Source: Octopus sinensis (Eukaryota). Taken from it: a stretch of 64,000 nt of DNA. The translations under genes and the position numbers were made by a program. The DNA lies in NCBI RefSeq assembly GCF_006345805.1, contig NC_042997.1:63612001-63676000 (forward strand), written 5' to 3'. Under the pieces are notes generated by a model. It did no database searches and was not told where the DNA came from. It saw only the letters and a program-made list of their open reading frames with translations. Numbering within the stretch: the first letter of the stretch is position 1; every line of letters begins with the position of its first letter. Shown piece by piece: positions 10,770 through 23,469 of the stretch.

Positions 10770-11110
10770 ACAGGTGTGGTTATGTGGTGAGAAATTTGCT
10801 TACCAACTACACGGTTCCGGATCCGAGTCTACAGCGTGGAACTTTTGGTATGTGGTTTCTACTATAGCTTCGGGCCGACCCAAGCCTTGCGAGTTAACGG
10901 AAACTGAAAAGCGCGTCTTATATTATGTGTGTATATAAGAATATTTACGTCTCTGTAAATTAGCGATTCATAAAAAAAAACATAAAATAAATACTAGGGT
11001 TAAAAAAAAAGGAAAATCGTACTGGAGTAAATTCATTCCAATGAACACTCTTCAAGGCGCTACCCCATGATGGTTGAGATCTAATGATTGAAATAATTAA
11101 AAGATAAAAG
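10770..11110 (+). mobile_element. Diverged OK-like SINE
   Basis: tRNA-like head (GGTTATGTGGTGAGAAATTTGCTTACCAAC..GGTTCCGG), CTACTATAGCTTCGGGCCGACC body, degenerate tail. Confidence 0.7.
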
Positions 11111-11706
11111 ATATACGTTAGTAGTAATATGACGAATAATGGTTATATTAAGTAACAACAAATACAATATAGGGAAATGCGTCGCAAGAAAGAAGCTAAG
11201 AATAGAGAAAAGCATATGATTCCTTAGAGATTTAGCATGAAAAATCCATACTGAAAAGATCCATCAAAGTACTTCATTGTTGCTCAGTGTTGGAAATGTA
11301 CAGGCAACAATAATGAGGGTAATTTTCTTTCATTTGTTCATATAAATATATCTTATATATGTGTTTATATGCGTGTAGATGTATACATATACACTCATAT
11401 ATGCCCATAAATATACATATACAATTTGTTTTGTCCTCAGTCGAAAGACACCTGTTATCATATTCTTGTTCGTATTTGTGATTGTATACCATTTTCTCCC
11501 TTTTTATCTTCGTTGTCGTACACATTCGCTAGGTTTCTTATAGAAAATCTAATGCTCTTAGCTTAGACCGTTTTGGGGGCAACCAGATCGAACAGTCTCA
11601 AGTATAACTGCCCGAAACTGTAAGGACATCTAGTAAATTGCCTGACGAAAGGAGGCCACGAATGACTCATTTTTTCTCCTGTCCCTCTATTGCATTTTCT
11701 TCCATT

Positions 11707-11756
<50 letters not shown>

Positions 11757-12507
11757 AGAGAGAGAGAGAAAGAAGGGGGGAGATACACACACTCACAATG
11801 TAGAAAGTTTAATGTACAGAGCTTACACGAATGGCCACGCTCATATCAACTATTAGGCTAAAAGAATAGCCTAGCATATGATGTCAGTATTGGGTCGGTC
11901 TAGCCCATGTTCTGACACCACCCTCTGATACCTGAGCTATATTGTTGTCCAGAAAGTGGGTTGTATTCAGGAGATCAAACGAAGACCTGCTGGAAGATTA
12001 TATGATGTGTAGTCATGCAATAAAACATGTAAATACCAATGACCCCTATAAGAATGAAAAAAATTATTCAAACCTGAAATGTGGTTTGGTCAGTAGGGTT
12101 GGATGGGGGAAAAACATGCACTTTAAGATAGCTTGAGACTGAGACCTTCGAAATCAGAGAGCTATAAGTATGCAGAGGAACTGGTTGGTGCTCATACAAG
12201 AAAACAATTCTGTCCAACGGCAGGCGGGTGAAATATGAATGCTTTCAAGGCATTATCAGGGACTGGAATTTCTGTGACTGCATCCTTGTGAGGTGATATG
12301 GGTATATGAAAACTGGTTTAACGATGAAAATTATGAGGGTAGTACAATAAAATAGGGAACATAAAGAAATGTACAGAAGAAAACGCCCTATGAGAAGTAG
12401 ACGTATAGGAATTATCCCTGACGTTCCTGACCATGGGGCATAAGTACGTGAATATTAATTTTATAAATTAACTCATTTATGTAAGTGCATATATATATAT
12501 ACATACA

Positions 12508-12538
<31 letters not shown>

Positions 12539-13151
12539 TATATATATATATATATATAATATATATATATAAAGAGAGAGAAAGAGAGAGAGACATAGAG
12601 AGGAAGAGGGAGAGAAATATTCACATATACATACACGTATAAAACACATAATACGTCTAGCAATGTAAGTGCTACAATGCACCCTCAGTCACTATTAATG
12701 GCAATTCAAGTGTCGCTTTTTGGTTTTGTATTGCGTCTAACCAACCTTATTGTTTATAATTTCCATATATGCATGTATATACAATACATACATGCATGCA
12801 TATATATATATATTATGGCGAATTAAAGACGGAAGATGGAATATACGAGAATTTATTATTAATCACGACAATTGTTTCGACACATCTAGCAACCGTTCCT
12901 CGTGGGTGGGACTCTCAACAGCTGGTTCAGGAGCATCTGGCGGTGCAGGTTTATCATGTCGAACGATAAATAAATACAACTCGCTGAAATAATTGTTCCG
13001 CAATATAACTTCCCGTTTTCTAGAAAGAAAAGCAGTATATTTTCATTTATATAGAAGATCAAAATAAAATCACTGATGACAAAAAGAGAAACGAATACGC
13101 AATGCAGCGTATTAAAAATATTAAAAATAATATATGTATACATATATAGTA

Positions 13152-13188
<37 letters not shown>

Positions 13189-13193
13189 TGTAT

Positions 13194-13250
<57 letters not shown>

Positions 13251-13482
13251 ATATATATGTATCTATATTTATGTACGTATGTATATATTTATATATATAT
13301 ATATATATATATATTTACATATATATATTTGAGTAGTTGAATGAATTAACTTATTAAGGATAATTCGAAAGATAACCGATACCTGGGTAGCAAATTCACA
13401 TCAGAAAGAACACGGTTTAAGTTACGTCCCTAGGGCATAGACTACGTGCTTTCGTGCGGAAATTTGTATGTTTATTTTAAAT

Positions 13483-13559
13483 TATAAGTATATGAAAGAA
13501 TGGAGTTGAACGACACCTCACATCTACGTCGTTCAACTCCATTCTTTCATATACTTATA
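13483..13559. repeat. Perfect 32-bp stem, 13-nt loop hairpin
   Basis: TATAAGTATATGAAAGAATGGAGTTGAACGAC (13483-13514) / GTCGTTCAACTCCATTCTTTCATATACTTATA (13528-13559). Confidence 0.95.
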
Positions 13560-13577
13560 TTTACATATATATATATG

Positions 13578-13675
<98 letters not shown>

Positions 13676-13715
13676 TGGTGCGTGTGCATATATATATATA
13701 TACATATATATATAT

Positions 13716-13752
<37 letters not shown>

Positions 13753-14679
13753 ATTTAAAAGGAAATAACGTTATATTTATATCGTTATCTTCAAAAGAAT
13801 AATCAACAGTGGGAAGACAGTGTTGGAGATTGATTGTTGGAGTTGAATATCAAAAGAAGTAAAGGGCACGGTAGAAATAAAAGTAGTAATGTGGACTGTT
13901 AACGTCATAGAGAGATGAACGTAAGAAAACTTTGATTAAGATAGATAATAGCAATTATGAACATGCGAGTGGGAAAGAGCTTTATATAGTTTATCAGAAA
14001 GTAAGTGAAAGATACCAAATTACAAAACTGAACTGAAGAAAAAGATGATTTGAAAAGCCAAATAAAAGATACGATACAGGAGGGGCACAACTTTTCTTTG
14101 AGAATAAGTATATTTGAGTGATAAATGATAACGTTGTGGGAATAAAGAAATATACATTTGTATAAAGAGATGATTACCAATATATATGAGAATGATTAAT
14201 GGACACGTCCGATCTATGACTTTACGTCATTTTCCTAGATTTTAAATGATGAAATGGTTCTGAATCGGATATCGAAAGATATAGCGTCTATATTTGTTAT
14301 TGTTAGCATATATATTGTTTTAGCTGAGATTGTAGTAACAGCGTTGATCATGATCTGCATTCTTTAGAACAATCGACTGACAAAATGTAAGTGTATGATA
14401 GAAATATAATTGCTATTGTTGCTTACATCATGCAATATTTGTCTCTCGTGTACGTTAATGACAAATACAAAAATCTGATAGCTTTGATAGTTTTTATCAT
14501 GCATCTATCCACAAATGCATAAAATATGAAAGAACATTGGACAGTCCGTCTGTGTTCGCAAACATATCAAAACTCCTTACTATCTATCTATCTATGAATT
14601 TATGTTAAGAGTGAAGGAGACAAAGAGAGAGAGAGAGACACCGAGAGAGACATAATGAGACCATGTGAAGGAGAGAGGG

Positions 14680-14734
<55 letters not shown>

Positions 14735-15325
14735 GGAAGTTATTATTTGAGTGTGTTGATTGCCCAGGGCTGTAAGAACTCAATGCAAAGATGTAGCGTG
14801 TTATTTGTTATTTATTATATTTGAATTTGAACTTGGAATGTGACTATTTGCTTGCTTTTGATGTATTTTCAAACGATTATGGGAAATATTTGAATATATT
14901 GTAAGTGTATAACGTATATATATTGTAATTATATACACTGCTGTAAATGAGCACATTAGACATTCAATTTGTTTAGACTGGACAATATTACAAGGACATA
15001 TCAGCCATTCGCATCGTTGGGTTCATTATTTTAATCACGTTACCCGCAAAAACAATTCTTCAATTTTTCGCGAGTGTAGGCAACATTTCACACGACATTT
15101 CCGTTTTTACCTGTTAATGCATTCAAATGATGTTAGAAAATATGATTAATGACAACAGTAATATATCAACTTTGAGATTGACCTCCAGGTAGATTCGTTA
15201 CATATACATGCATATATAACGGCATACAAAGATACGTACTTCACACACATACGCACACACATACCTCCATGTCAGTGTATAGACATATCTAACTGTGACT
15301 ATGCATGTATGTTTACAAATTTTAT

Positions 15326-15668
15326 CTAAATTATATAATTCATTATTCTATATTTAAGAGATGAGGAATTATGTACGTTATTTACATTATTTACACTATT
15401 TATATTCGACGGATATTTGTCCTCATCTTGTTTGTTGTTAACACAACATTTCGGCTGATATACCCTCCAGCGTTTTTCAGGTGCCTTGGGGAAATTTCGA
15501 ACCTGGGTTCTCATTCCTAACCTATTTTTCGATGTTCTTCTTGTTCTTCTTCTTCTTGTTATTATTATTGTTATTATTATTGTTATTGTTCAGGTCACTG
15601 CTTGGAATCGAACTCGGAATCTTGGGGTTAGTAGCCCGCGCTCTTAACCAGTACGCCATATGCCCGTG
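15326..15668 (-). mobile_element. SINE-like element: tRNA-derived head + (AAT)n-like spacer + hammerhead-containing body
   Basis: On - strand: A box TGGCGTACTGG (15658-48), anticodon-like arm, B box GAGTTCGATTCC (15615-04), AAT/AAG repeats (15540-90), hammerhead at 15441-84, AT-rich tail. The 3' boundary is approximate. Confidence 0.7.
15441..15484 (-). ncRNA. Decayed type I hammerhead within the tRNA-headed element
   Basis: GCAC CTGAAAA A CGCTG GAGGGTATAT CAGCC GAAAT GTT GTGT. Stem I GCAC/GTGT and stem II GCTG/CAGC are intact; three changes from a canonical core (G8A, 10.1 G>C, C15.2T). Confidence 0.65.
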
Positions 15669-15999
15669 GCCATATAATTCACACCTATTGCGTCTTGTCT
15701 GTACAATCTGGCGCCTTGTAACTTATTGTAAACAAATCACAGTAATTCTGTATGTTTGAATGCTCGTCTGTATTTTGAGAAGTTGGAGTCCTAATTTCTC
15801 GTGTCTGCTCTCCTTAAAGAATGCAGATGCCGGTTAAATCGTGTTTAAAGTTGTTTCAATATTAAACTTACAAGTTCACTTTTCAGTTTTACTTTTGAGC
15901 AATGGGTTTATTTAGTTGCAAGTTGTGTTATGTTAGTGTCTGTTCTATTTGCCCCGCGTCTGATGTGAGTTGTATTGTTTTTATCGGATAGTTGTATTG

Positions 16000-16490
16000 T
16001 TTTTATTGGGTGTATGTTGTGCGAAGATTGTTGTATTTTGGGGGCACTATTAATTCAATTATCTTGTGCAGTATGTGGGCGGTTGCTGGTATAGCTATAT
16101 TTGGCACAGTTTTTAATACTATAAATGTTGGCATGGCTTTTATGCTTTCGATCACAAATTTCATCATAAATAATACTCCAATCATTGTATTCATTTCATG
16201 CCACACATATTAAATATTTGAATTACGAGATCTTTGTAATTTGACAGTTTTTCCAATATTTTGGCCAGAAAAGATTGGTTTTGTGATTTTGTTTCAAGTT
16301 CTTTATTATTGTGTCTGGTCGGCGTACAAGAATATCGTTTTTAGTTATCATGGATAACTATCATCAAATCGCTACCTTCTACAAACCTTGGTACATGTTT
16401 TTACAATTCTTGCTTGTGTTTACGAATGGCGTAATGTTCAGAGCAGAAGGCGGACCCCGCGAAATAACTTTACTAGGAATTAATGTGACG
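16000..16490 (-). mobile_element. Degenerate 3' end of an RLE-type (R4/Dong-like) LINE
   Basis: RRPDTIIKNLKQ and IGVLFMMK..VPNIAIPATAHILHKII resemble the PD-(D/E)xK endonuclease C-terminus (..IGALG....LQK.A..TA.ILR..L). Confidence 0.5.
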
Positions 16491-16519
16491 AGTACTTTCA
16501 GTTAATTTGTTCTGATAGT

Positions 16520-16679
16520 TACTTGTAGCCAGACATTGGTATTTGTTTGCTTCTCAACGATATGGTTCGAGGTTCAGTTCGACAGCGTGACACATTGGGC
16601 AAGTTTTTTCCACTCGAGCCACGAGCCGACCAAAGCCTTGTGAGTGTATTAGCTAGATGGAAACTGAAATAAGCCAGTC

Positions 16680-16682
<3 letters not shown>
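16520..16682 (+). mobile_element. OK-like SINE, 5' half
   Basis: GGTTCGAGGTTCAGTTCGACAGCGTGACACATTGGGCAAG..GCCGACCAAAGCCTTGTGAGTG..GGAAACTGAAATAAGCC. Confidence 0.75.
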
Positions 16683-16768
<86 letters not shown>

Positions 16769-16829
16769 AATATACATAAATATATATGTGTGTGTGTATG
16801 TATGCATTTATGCACGTGTGTATGTATAT

Positions 16830-17230
16830 ACTCTTTACTCTTTTACTCTTTTACTTGTTTCAGTCATTTGACTGCGGCCATGCTGGTGCACCGCCTTTAG
16901 TCGAGCAAATCGACCCCGGGACTTATTCTTTGTAAGCCCAGTACTTATTCTATCGGTCTCTTTTGCCGAACCGCTAAGTGACGGGGACGTAAACACACCA
17001 ACATCCGTTGTCAAGCAATGCTAGGGGAACAAACACACACACACAAACACATACACATATATACATATATATAGATATATACGACAGGCTTCTTTCAGTT
17101 TCCGTCTACCAAATCCACTCACAAGGCATTGGTCGGCCCGGGGCTATAGCAAAAGACTCTTGCCCAAGATGTCACGGAGTGGGACTGAACCCGGTAGGCA
17201 AGCTACTTATCACACAGCCACTCCTGCGCC
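16830..17230 (-). mobile_element. Full-length OK-like tRNA SINE with internal (CA/TA)n
   Basis: Tail CTTTTACTTGTTTCAGTCATTTGACTGCGGCCATGCTGG at ~16850; head ends CACACAGCCACTCCTGCGCC at 17230. Confidence 0.9.
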
Positions 17231-17241
17231 TATGTATATGT

Positions 17242-17378
<137 letters not shown>

Positions 17379-17384
17379 AATGTG

Positions 17385-17600
17385 TATCTCGGTGTCTTCA
17401 TTTGTTCCCCACCACCGCTCGACAACAGATGCTGTTGTGTTTACGTTCCCGTAAATTAGAGGTTCGGCAAAAGAGATTGATAGAGTAAATACCAAACTAA
17501 AGAATATAAATACTGCGGTCAATTCATTCCACTTAAAATTCTCGAAGGCTATGCACCAGCGTGATTGCAGTCTAATGATTGATACAAGTTAATGATAAAA
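17385..17600 (+). mobile_element. OK-like SINE, 3' half (diverged)
   Basis: TGTTTACGTTCCCGTAAATTAGAGGTTCGGCAAAAGAGA..CAGCGTGATTGCAGTCTAATGATTGATACAAG. Confidence 0.75.
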
Positions 17601-20268
17601 AAAAGAATCAATCATTCTTTTCCACATATATCAAACATTCTTGGTTTTGATTTTGATTTTGGCTCTATTCATCGCTGTTGACCTTTTCTCATCATTTATT
17701 TCTTCGTCTTTTATCATTTTTTCATGTCGTCTTCTTCGGTCTTTAATCTTCTGTTTTCTATCTTGTCGCTTCTTTCTTTTCTTTTATTGCTTCTTTGAAT
17801 TTATACGTCCTCTATTGATATTTTCTAAGGATTTTTCCAGTCTAACTGCTATTATTTCAAAGTAGTTTTCTATTTGTATCAGGTCACAATCCCTTTTGTG
17901 AGTAATGTAGGTATTTTCTGACTACATTTACGTTGAGATGGTGACTCAGGTATGCTGTTAGCAGTTCTATGAATTTTCTAATTCTCTATTCAGTTTACTT
18001 AGATTGAAGTTCATTATATTCAACTTGCAATTTATGAATGTTATGACAGCAGATTTGTAATCATTATCTTGTTCCATGAATTGGGTTTGATTTTTGTAAT
18101 ATTTGTGTGGCTCTTGTTTAGTATTCGTTCCAAATTTTCTCAGTCATTCCTACTTTTTGTAATTTATCGGGCTGCTTTAGACATTGGTATTTGTGTCGGT
18201 GATTGTGGACTAATATTTTGTTTTCAGTGCCTTTGTGTAGTTTTAAATTTTCAGTGTTGGTTGATTTTAATTTTCTTAAACTCGGTTTGGCACACATAAA
18301 CACATAAACAAATGTTTATAAGGATGTCTAGTTCAAAGTTATTCCTTCTAATATATTCGAGTCAGAAGATGGATTATTCTTAGTTAATAGCATTTGTAAC
18401 CTATAATAGTGTCAGTTACAAAGTTTGTTTATGGGTTCAGTGTAGGTCAGAAATGTGGGGTAAAAAGGCTCTCCTTGGAAAATTCACCATCTTCTTAACA
18501 TTGTTGATGTCGAATTTTATATTGACATTTTATGGATTTTAAAATTGAGTATTTAATTTTTAATTAAATGAAGATCCGTTGTTAATATTCTATTATTTTA
18601 CTTTGTTTTCTGTACAATTTCGATAAACTGTTTACATATTGTTCATCCAAATTATTTAAAAAAACCTCCATCTCGTTAATTTTTCCGTCTCTCCTCAATA
18701 GAAGACTTTATTTAATTATGTTACATCTCTGAAGGATTTGCTATATTCAATTCCACTAACTTTTAATTTGTCTTATATTGACATGTTCCCATTGCTGCTC
18801 TCTGGTATCTCAATTCTCTGACATTTTCATTTTTCTAATTAGCATCAAAAAAATTCCATTGGCAACAATATATAGAATAATAATAACTCTTCAGTCACTA
18901 TGTCACAAATCGCCGGCAGGTTCTTTGGAAAATAAATATTAGCAAGGGAAGCACTATTAATATAAAATTGCTTCTAACAATACATCCAGGTCTATAAAAT
19001 TGCTTCTAACAATACGTCCAGGTTGAGTAGGAATTAAACATTGTTATTACGCATTAATACTGTCGCTAATATTTCTTCTTTAAAAACCAAATAGTTTCAA
19101 ATCAAGATATCGCTATAAAGCACATCTGGATTTATATCAGGAAAATTAAATCGGTAATGAGACTATAATTCGCATTATATATCAAATATGGTATAATATA
19201 CACAAATATCAACTATTCTTCATAGATGGTAATATTTTTGTGATGTATTTATTTGTTTCTGGTTATGACTTGACACATGACTTAGGAAAAACATCTTTAG
19301 ATTTTAAGCAATGCTGTATATTCTGATATAATTTTGGACTCAATTTCAGTGGTTATGGTGTTTTAGTTTAGTATTTAGGAAGAGATCTTTTAACCAAAGC
19401 ACGATATTAGGGCTTTGATCTGAACATTTTAATGTCACACGTGAACCATAATATCAAACAGACACACATTATGTGCAGTAAAGAAAAAAAATCATATGAC
19501 ATTATCACGCACTACACAATCTTACAGACCTGCAGCTTTCAAAGGCAAACATGGCAAATGAAATTTATCAAGCAAAAGTAGCAAATTATTTGAACTTTTA
19601 TCTTCTTGAATTCACAAGATCTCTTTTGAGTCCATAAGGAAAAGATAACAGTGATTGAAGTTTTATGCAGTTTCATTTGGGCGTTTGTCGTTAAAGAAAT
19701 TTTTTCTACGCTAATTGTTTCTTCACTGCTTAGTAAAATTGCATTTAGATCAAAGATGATTAATATCGCCATTGATGCCCAATATCTCATTAATTCTATT
19801 TAAATTCCTACAGAAGCAAATATTCTTTTATGTTGTCTTAAAATGATGTTTTGCGTTTCAATGAAAAGCAATTATGACACACTTATATTTTTTATAATGT
19901 TAAATGCTGCAAACGGAAGCAAGTGGGGATACATTGAATTATTGATCATCTGAAAATGCTAGGTGGAATTAAATTATTTTTGTACAAGACTAGAAGGTGT
20001 ACCTTTTAATATTCATATAAACACAACCACAGTGGATCGTATATATAACTAATATATTATCTAGCAGAACGGGTAGGATCTCAGGATAAACAATTTTGTT
20101 CAGTCTAAAATGAAGAACAATCCTCTTGAACAACAGAATTCTCATCATTCTGAAAACATAGAGCATTTTTAACGTTTTCAAAGTTACTTTTTCACTTTAA
20201 TGTGATACATGTTTGTTGATTGTGTTTATAATAGAGTTGCGGATTTCTCACTGGGAATGTAGATGACA

Positions 20269-20335
<67 letters not shown>

Positions 20336-20351
20336 CGTGTGTGTGTGTATG

Positions 20352-20390
<39 letters not shown>

Positions 20391-20393
<3 letters not shown>

Positions 20394-20490
20394 GGTGTTG
20401 CTTCGTGAAATAAAATCAGGTACCAGCACCAAATGGCGGTGCCCCAGCATGGCCACAGCTCGTGAGCTGAAACTAGATAAAATAAAAATA
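20391..20490 (+). mobile_element. Short 3'-tail fragment of a CR1/L2-group LINE
   Basis: GGCGGTGCCCCAGCATGGCCACAGCTCGTGAGCTGAAACTAGATAAAATAAAA matches the LINE tail at 6084-6140. Confidence 0.75.
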
Positions 20491-22002
20491 ATTGGCCGCC
20501 CCATCGTCTCCGCCTGTAACTGCCCCACGGAGCTCATCTCTAAATACCTCGACCGTGTCCTTGCCCCCCTAGTGGCATCTCTTCCTTCCCACATCCACGA
20601 TACCAACCATGCTCTCCGGCTTTTCAACTCTTTCTCCTTTCCTCCCGGCTCCTCCAAAATCCTTTTTACTATGGACATCCAAAACGAAGGACTGCAGGCC
20701 CTTCGACACTTTCTTGACCTCCGCTCTAACCCTGTACCTGACACCTCCACACTCATTCGTCTGGCTGAACTTGTCCTTACTCTGAACTGCTTCTCGTTCG
20801 CGGGCGAGTTCTACCATCAGGTCTCGGGAGTGGCCATGGGAACGCGAATGGGCCCCAACTATGCGAACCTGTTCGTTGGCTATGTTGAGGCCCAAATATT
20901 CTCTAATTTCACTGGTCCCACTCCTGAACTATATGGTCGTTACATTGACGACATTATCGGTGCCACCTCACTCTCCCGCGAACATCTAGATTCCTTCCTC
21001 TCTTTCGTCCAATCTTTCCATCCAGCCCTCCACTTCACTTCCACTATCTCCAACACCTCTGTCTCCTTCCTCGACATTTCGGTTAGCATTCTTCACTCCA
21101 CTCTTACCACCTCCATTCACTACAAACACACAGACTCACACTCATACCTCAACTTCTCTTCCTCCCACCCAGAACACACCAAGCTTTCCATCCCCTATTC
21201 CCAATTCCTCCGTCTACGTAGGCTCTGTAGTGACGACCATGACTTTGAGACTCAGTCTCGACGTATGGCTCACCACTTCACCCTACGTGGATACCCCCTC
21301 ACCACTATCCACACCGCCCTTGCCAGAGCACGGTCCGTGGACCATGTATTTGCTCTCTCTCCCCGAACCCGCCCTGTAGTCTCCCGCCTCCCTTTTCCCC
21401 TCACTTACCACCCCACGACCCTACGTCTCCAACGCACCATTCTTCGAGCTTTCCGTCATCTCCAGTCCGACCCGTCCACTTCACACCTCTTCCCTAACCG
21501 ACCCCTCCCCTCTTTCAAACGAGCCCACAACCTTCGAGACCTTTTGGTCCATAGCTCCTTCCCTGACCCTACCTCCCAACCCGGCTCGTTCCCCTGCTCC
21601 CGCCCACGTTGCCGCACTTGCCCTTACCTCTCCAACACCATCCGCCTCACTAGCACCCACCATCGACCCTATCCCATCATCCACTCCTTCACCTGCACCT
21701 CCAGCAATATTATCTATTGCATCTCTTGCTCTCTCTGCAATTCCTTGTACACCGGACAAACGGGACGCCGCTTGGCTGACCGGTTCGCGGAACACCTTCG
21801 TGACATCCACCTTGCGAACGACACACCGGTCTCACGCCATTTCCGCTCCACCGGTCACTCCTTGCAACACCTATCTGTGTTCGGTTTGTCCTTACACAGA
21901 GGCCATCCGGATTCCCGTTTGCGCCGTGAACAGGAATTAATCTTCTCTCTTCGCTCTTATATGCCATTTGGTCTCAACTTTCCCCCCCCCCTACTCATCT
22001 AA
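20490..22002 (+). pseudogene. PLE RT-GIY-YIG frame, open but truncated and with an apparent in-frame deletion in RT motif A
   Basis: FTMDIQNEGLQAL lacks the usual SLYT.IP segment (the first PLE has FDVVNLYSNIPHNLGIEA). The first ~55 aa of ORF 20263..22002 are microsatellite and LINE tail. Confidence 0.8.
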
Positions 22003-22504
22003 CCCCCCTCTCCCCCCTCCTCACCTATCCTTTCCCCCCGACCCCTACTTCTTCAGTCCTTCATACTTTCACCCCTACTCCCCTTCCCTTCTTCCCTCCT
22101 TCTCCCTCCCTCTTCCCCTTCCCTCTGCTCCCTCACTCCCTCTCTCCCCTTCTCTCTCCCCTTCTCTCTCCCCCTCTCCATCTTTCCTCCTTCATCCCCC
22201 TCCTCCCCCTCCTCTCCTCTTCCAATCCTACGCACTAATACTCTCTCATACACACACACACACACCCCCTTATACATACTAATACATACACCAACCCTAT
22301 ACATACACACATCCAGACCCCTCCTACGCACTATTAGCTGGTCCCTCAACCCTTTTATCAACCCTATTATCTCCCCTTATTTCGCTCTCGCGTCTCATGT
22401 TTGATCTTTGACCTCTGGCCGAAATCAGATCGCCATGTTGATTCGTTAGCTACTGCACGTATTTTTTTTCTCTCCTTCTTTCTGTGTTTTTCTCTCTCTG
22501 TGTA

Positions 22505-22542
22505 TCTTTCTGTTGAAGAGCGTAGGCTCGAAACGTTAAAGA
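22505..22542 (+). ncRNA. Minimal type I hammerhead variant (CUGUUGA core)
   Basis: TCTTT CTGTTGA A GAGC GTAG GCTC GAAAC GTT AAAGA. Stem I TCTTT/AAAGA; stem II GAGC/GCTC; stem III palindromic AACGTT. Confidence 0.7.
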
Positions 22543-23469
22543 CTTGTTTTATTTATATTTCCTGAGCGCCATACTAATACAATTGTTCGTTTGTTTTCCA
22601 CCTGCCTTCGTCTTTTGTTTATTTTCATAAAGCTTCCCGTTATATATGTATGTATGTATGTAAACAAATGGTATATTCTCAAAAGCTCATGTTATTAATC
22701 TACATTCGCAACAAAACTTTACATATTTCAAAATAGTGTATTCAATTGAACTAATTTAAGATATAAACCCCGAAGTGAGTAAGTGGTAAATTGCACAACC
22801 CAACAGCTACTTTGTGGACAAGGCATCATTACCTGACTTGAAGCTTTTGTGATATGCTGAATGCTCACCTTTTTTTACCAGCACTTGTAGATTTCAAGAT
22901 ACCCAAACAACCCCAAACATCTTGATAAGTGTGGACTTTAATACAATTTCTATGTATGCTTTTTTGTTAGTTTCTTATAAGCTGCTTCATGAGAAAACAA
23001 TGACATTCTATGTATCCCGTATTTTACAATCTTGATGCAACGGTAATAAATGGATGTCATTATCGGTTTCTTTGTCTCAAATAGCCTCTAGTTCAGGTTC
23101 GAATCTTTTGATAACTGAGGAAATAATTTTTGTGTTGGCTTCTGTTATTGAAATAATTTTGGTAAACGATACATCAGAACAACCACAAAATATGTCCTGC
23201 AAATGTATGGTGAGATATGAAACAACAGATAACAAAATAAATCGGTATATTTCATAGAGAAGGATTAAGTGTCATTAAGTTTTTTCTACAGTATACTTCA
23301 CAAGGAAAATCTATATAGAATTTCTCATTTGCGTCCGATGATATGCATATATGTACATGTACATACACACATATACGTATAAATACATACATACATACAT
23401 ACATACATACATACATACATACATACATACATACATACACACATATATATATATGTATATATATATACA

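Larger units (their letters stand above)
20490..22645 (+). mobile_element. 5'-truncated Penelope-like element (Neptune/Nematis-type Cys linker) with CT/CA-rich 3' terminal repeat
   Basis: GRPIVS, GVAMGTRMGPNYANLF, RYIDDII, VSFLDI, HPEHTKLSIPYSQFLRLRR, CSRPRCRTC, IIYCISCSLCNSLYTGQTGR, REQELIFSL..PFGLN; stop at 22002; hammerhead at 22505-42. Confidence 0.92.

Noticed and set aside
15590-15668. Functional tRNA gene
   Set aside because: The acceptor stem does not close properly and the 3' side runs into repeat; better read as a SINE head. The same applies to the heads at 32480-32570, 54430-54500 and 63890-63950.
22869-22949. 81-nt minus-strand exon candidate with a good AG|GTGAG donor
   Set aside because: Acceptor lacks a polypyrimidine tract; peptide not recognised.
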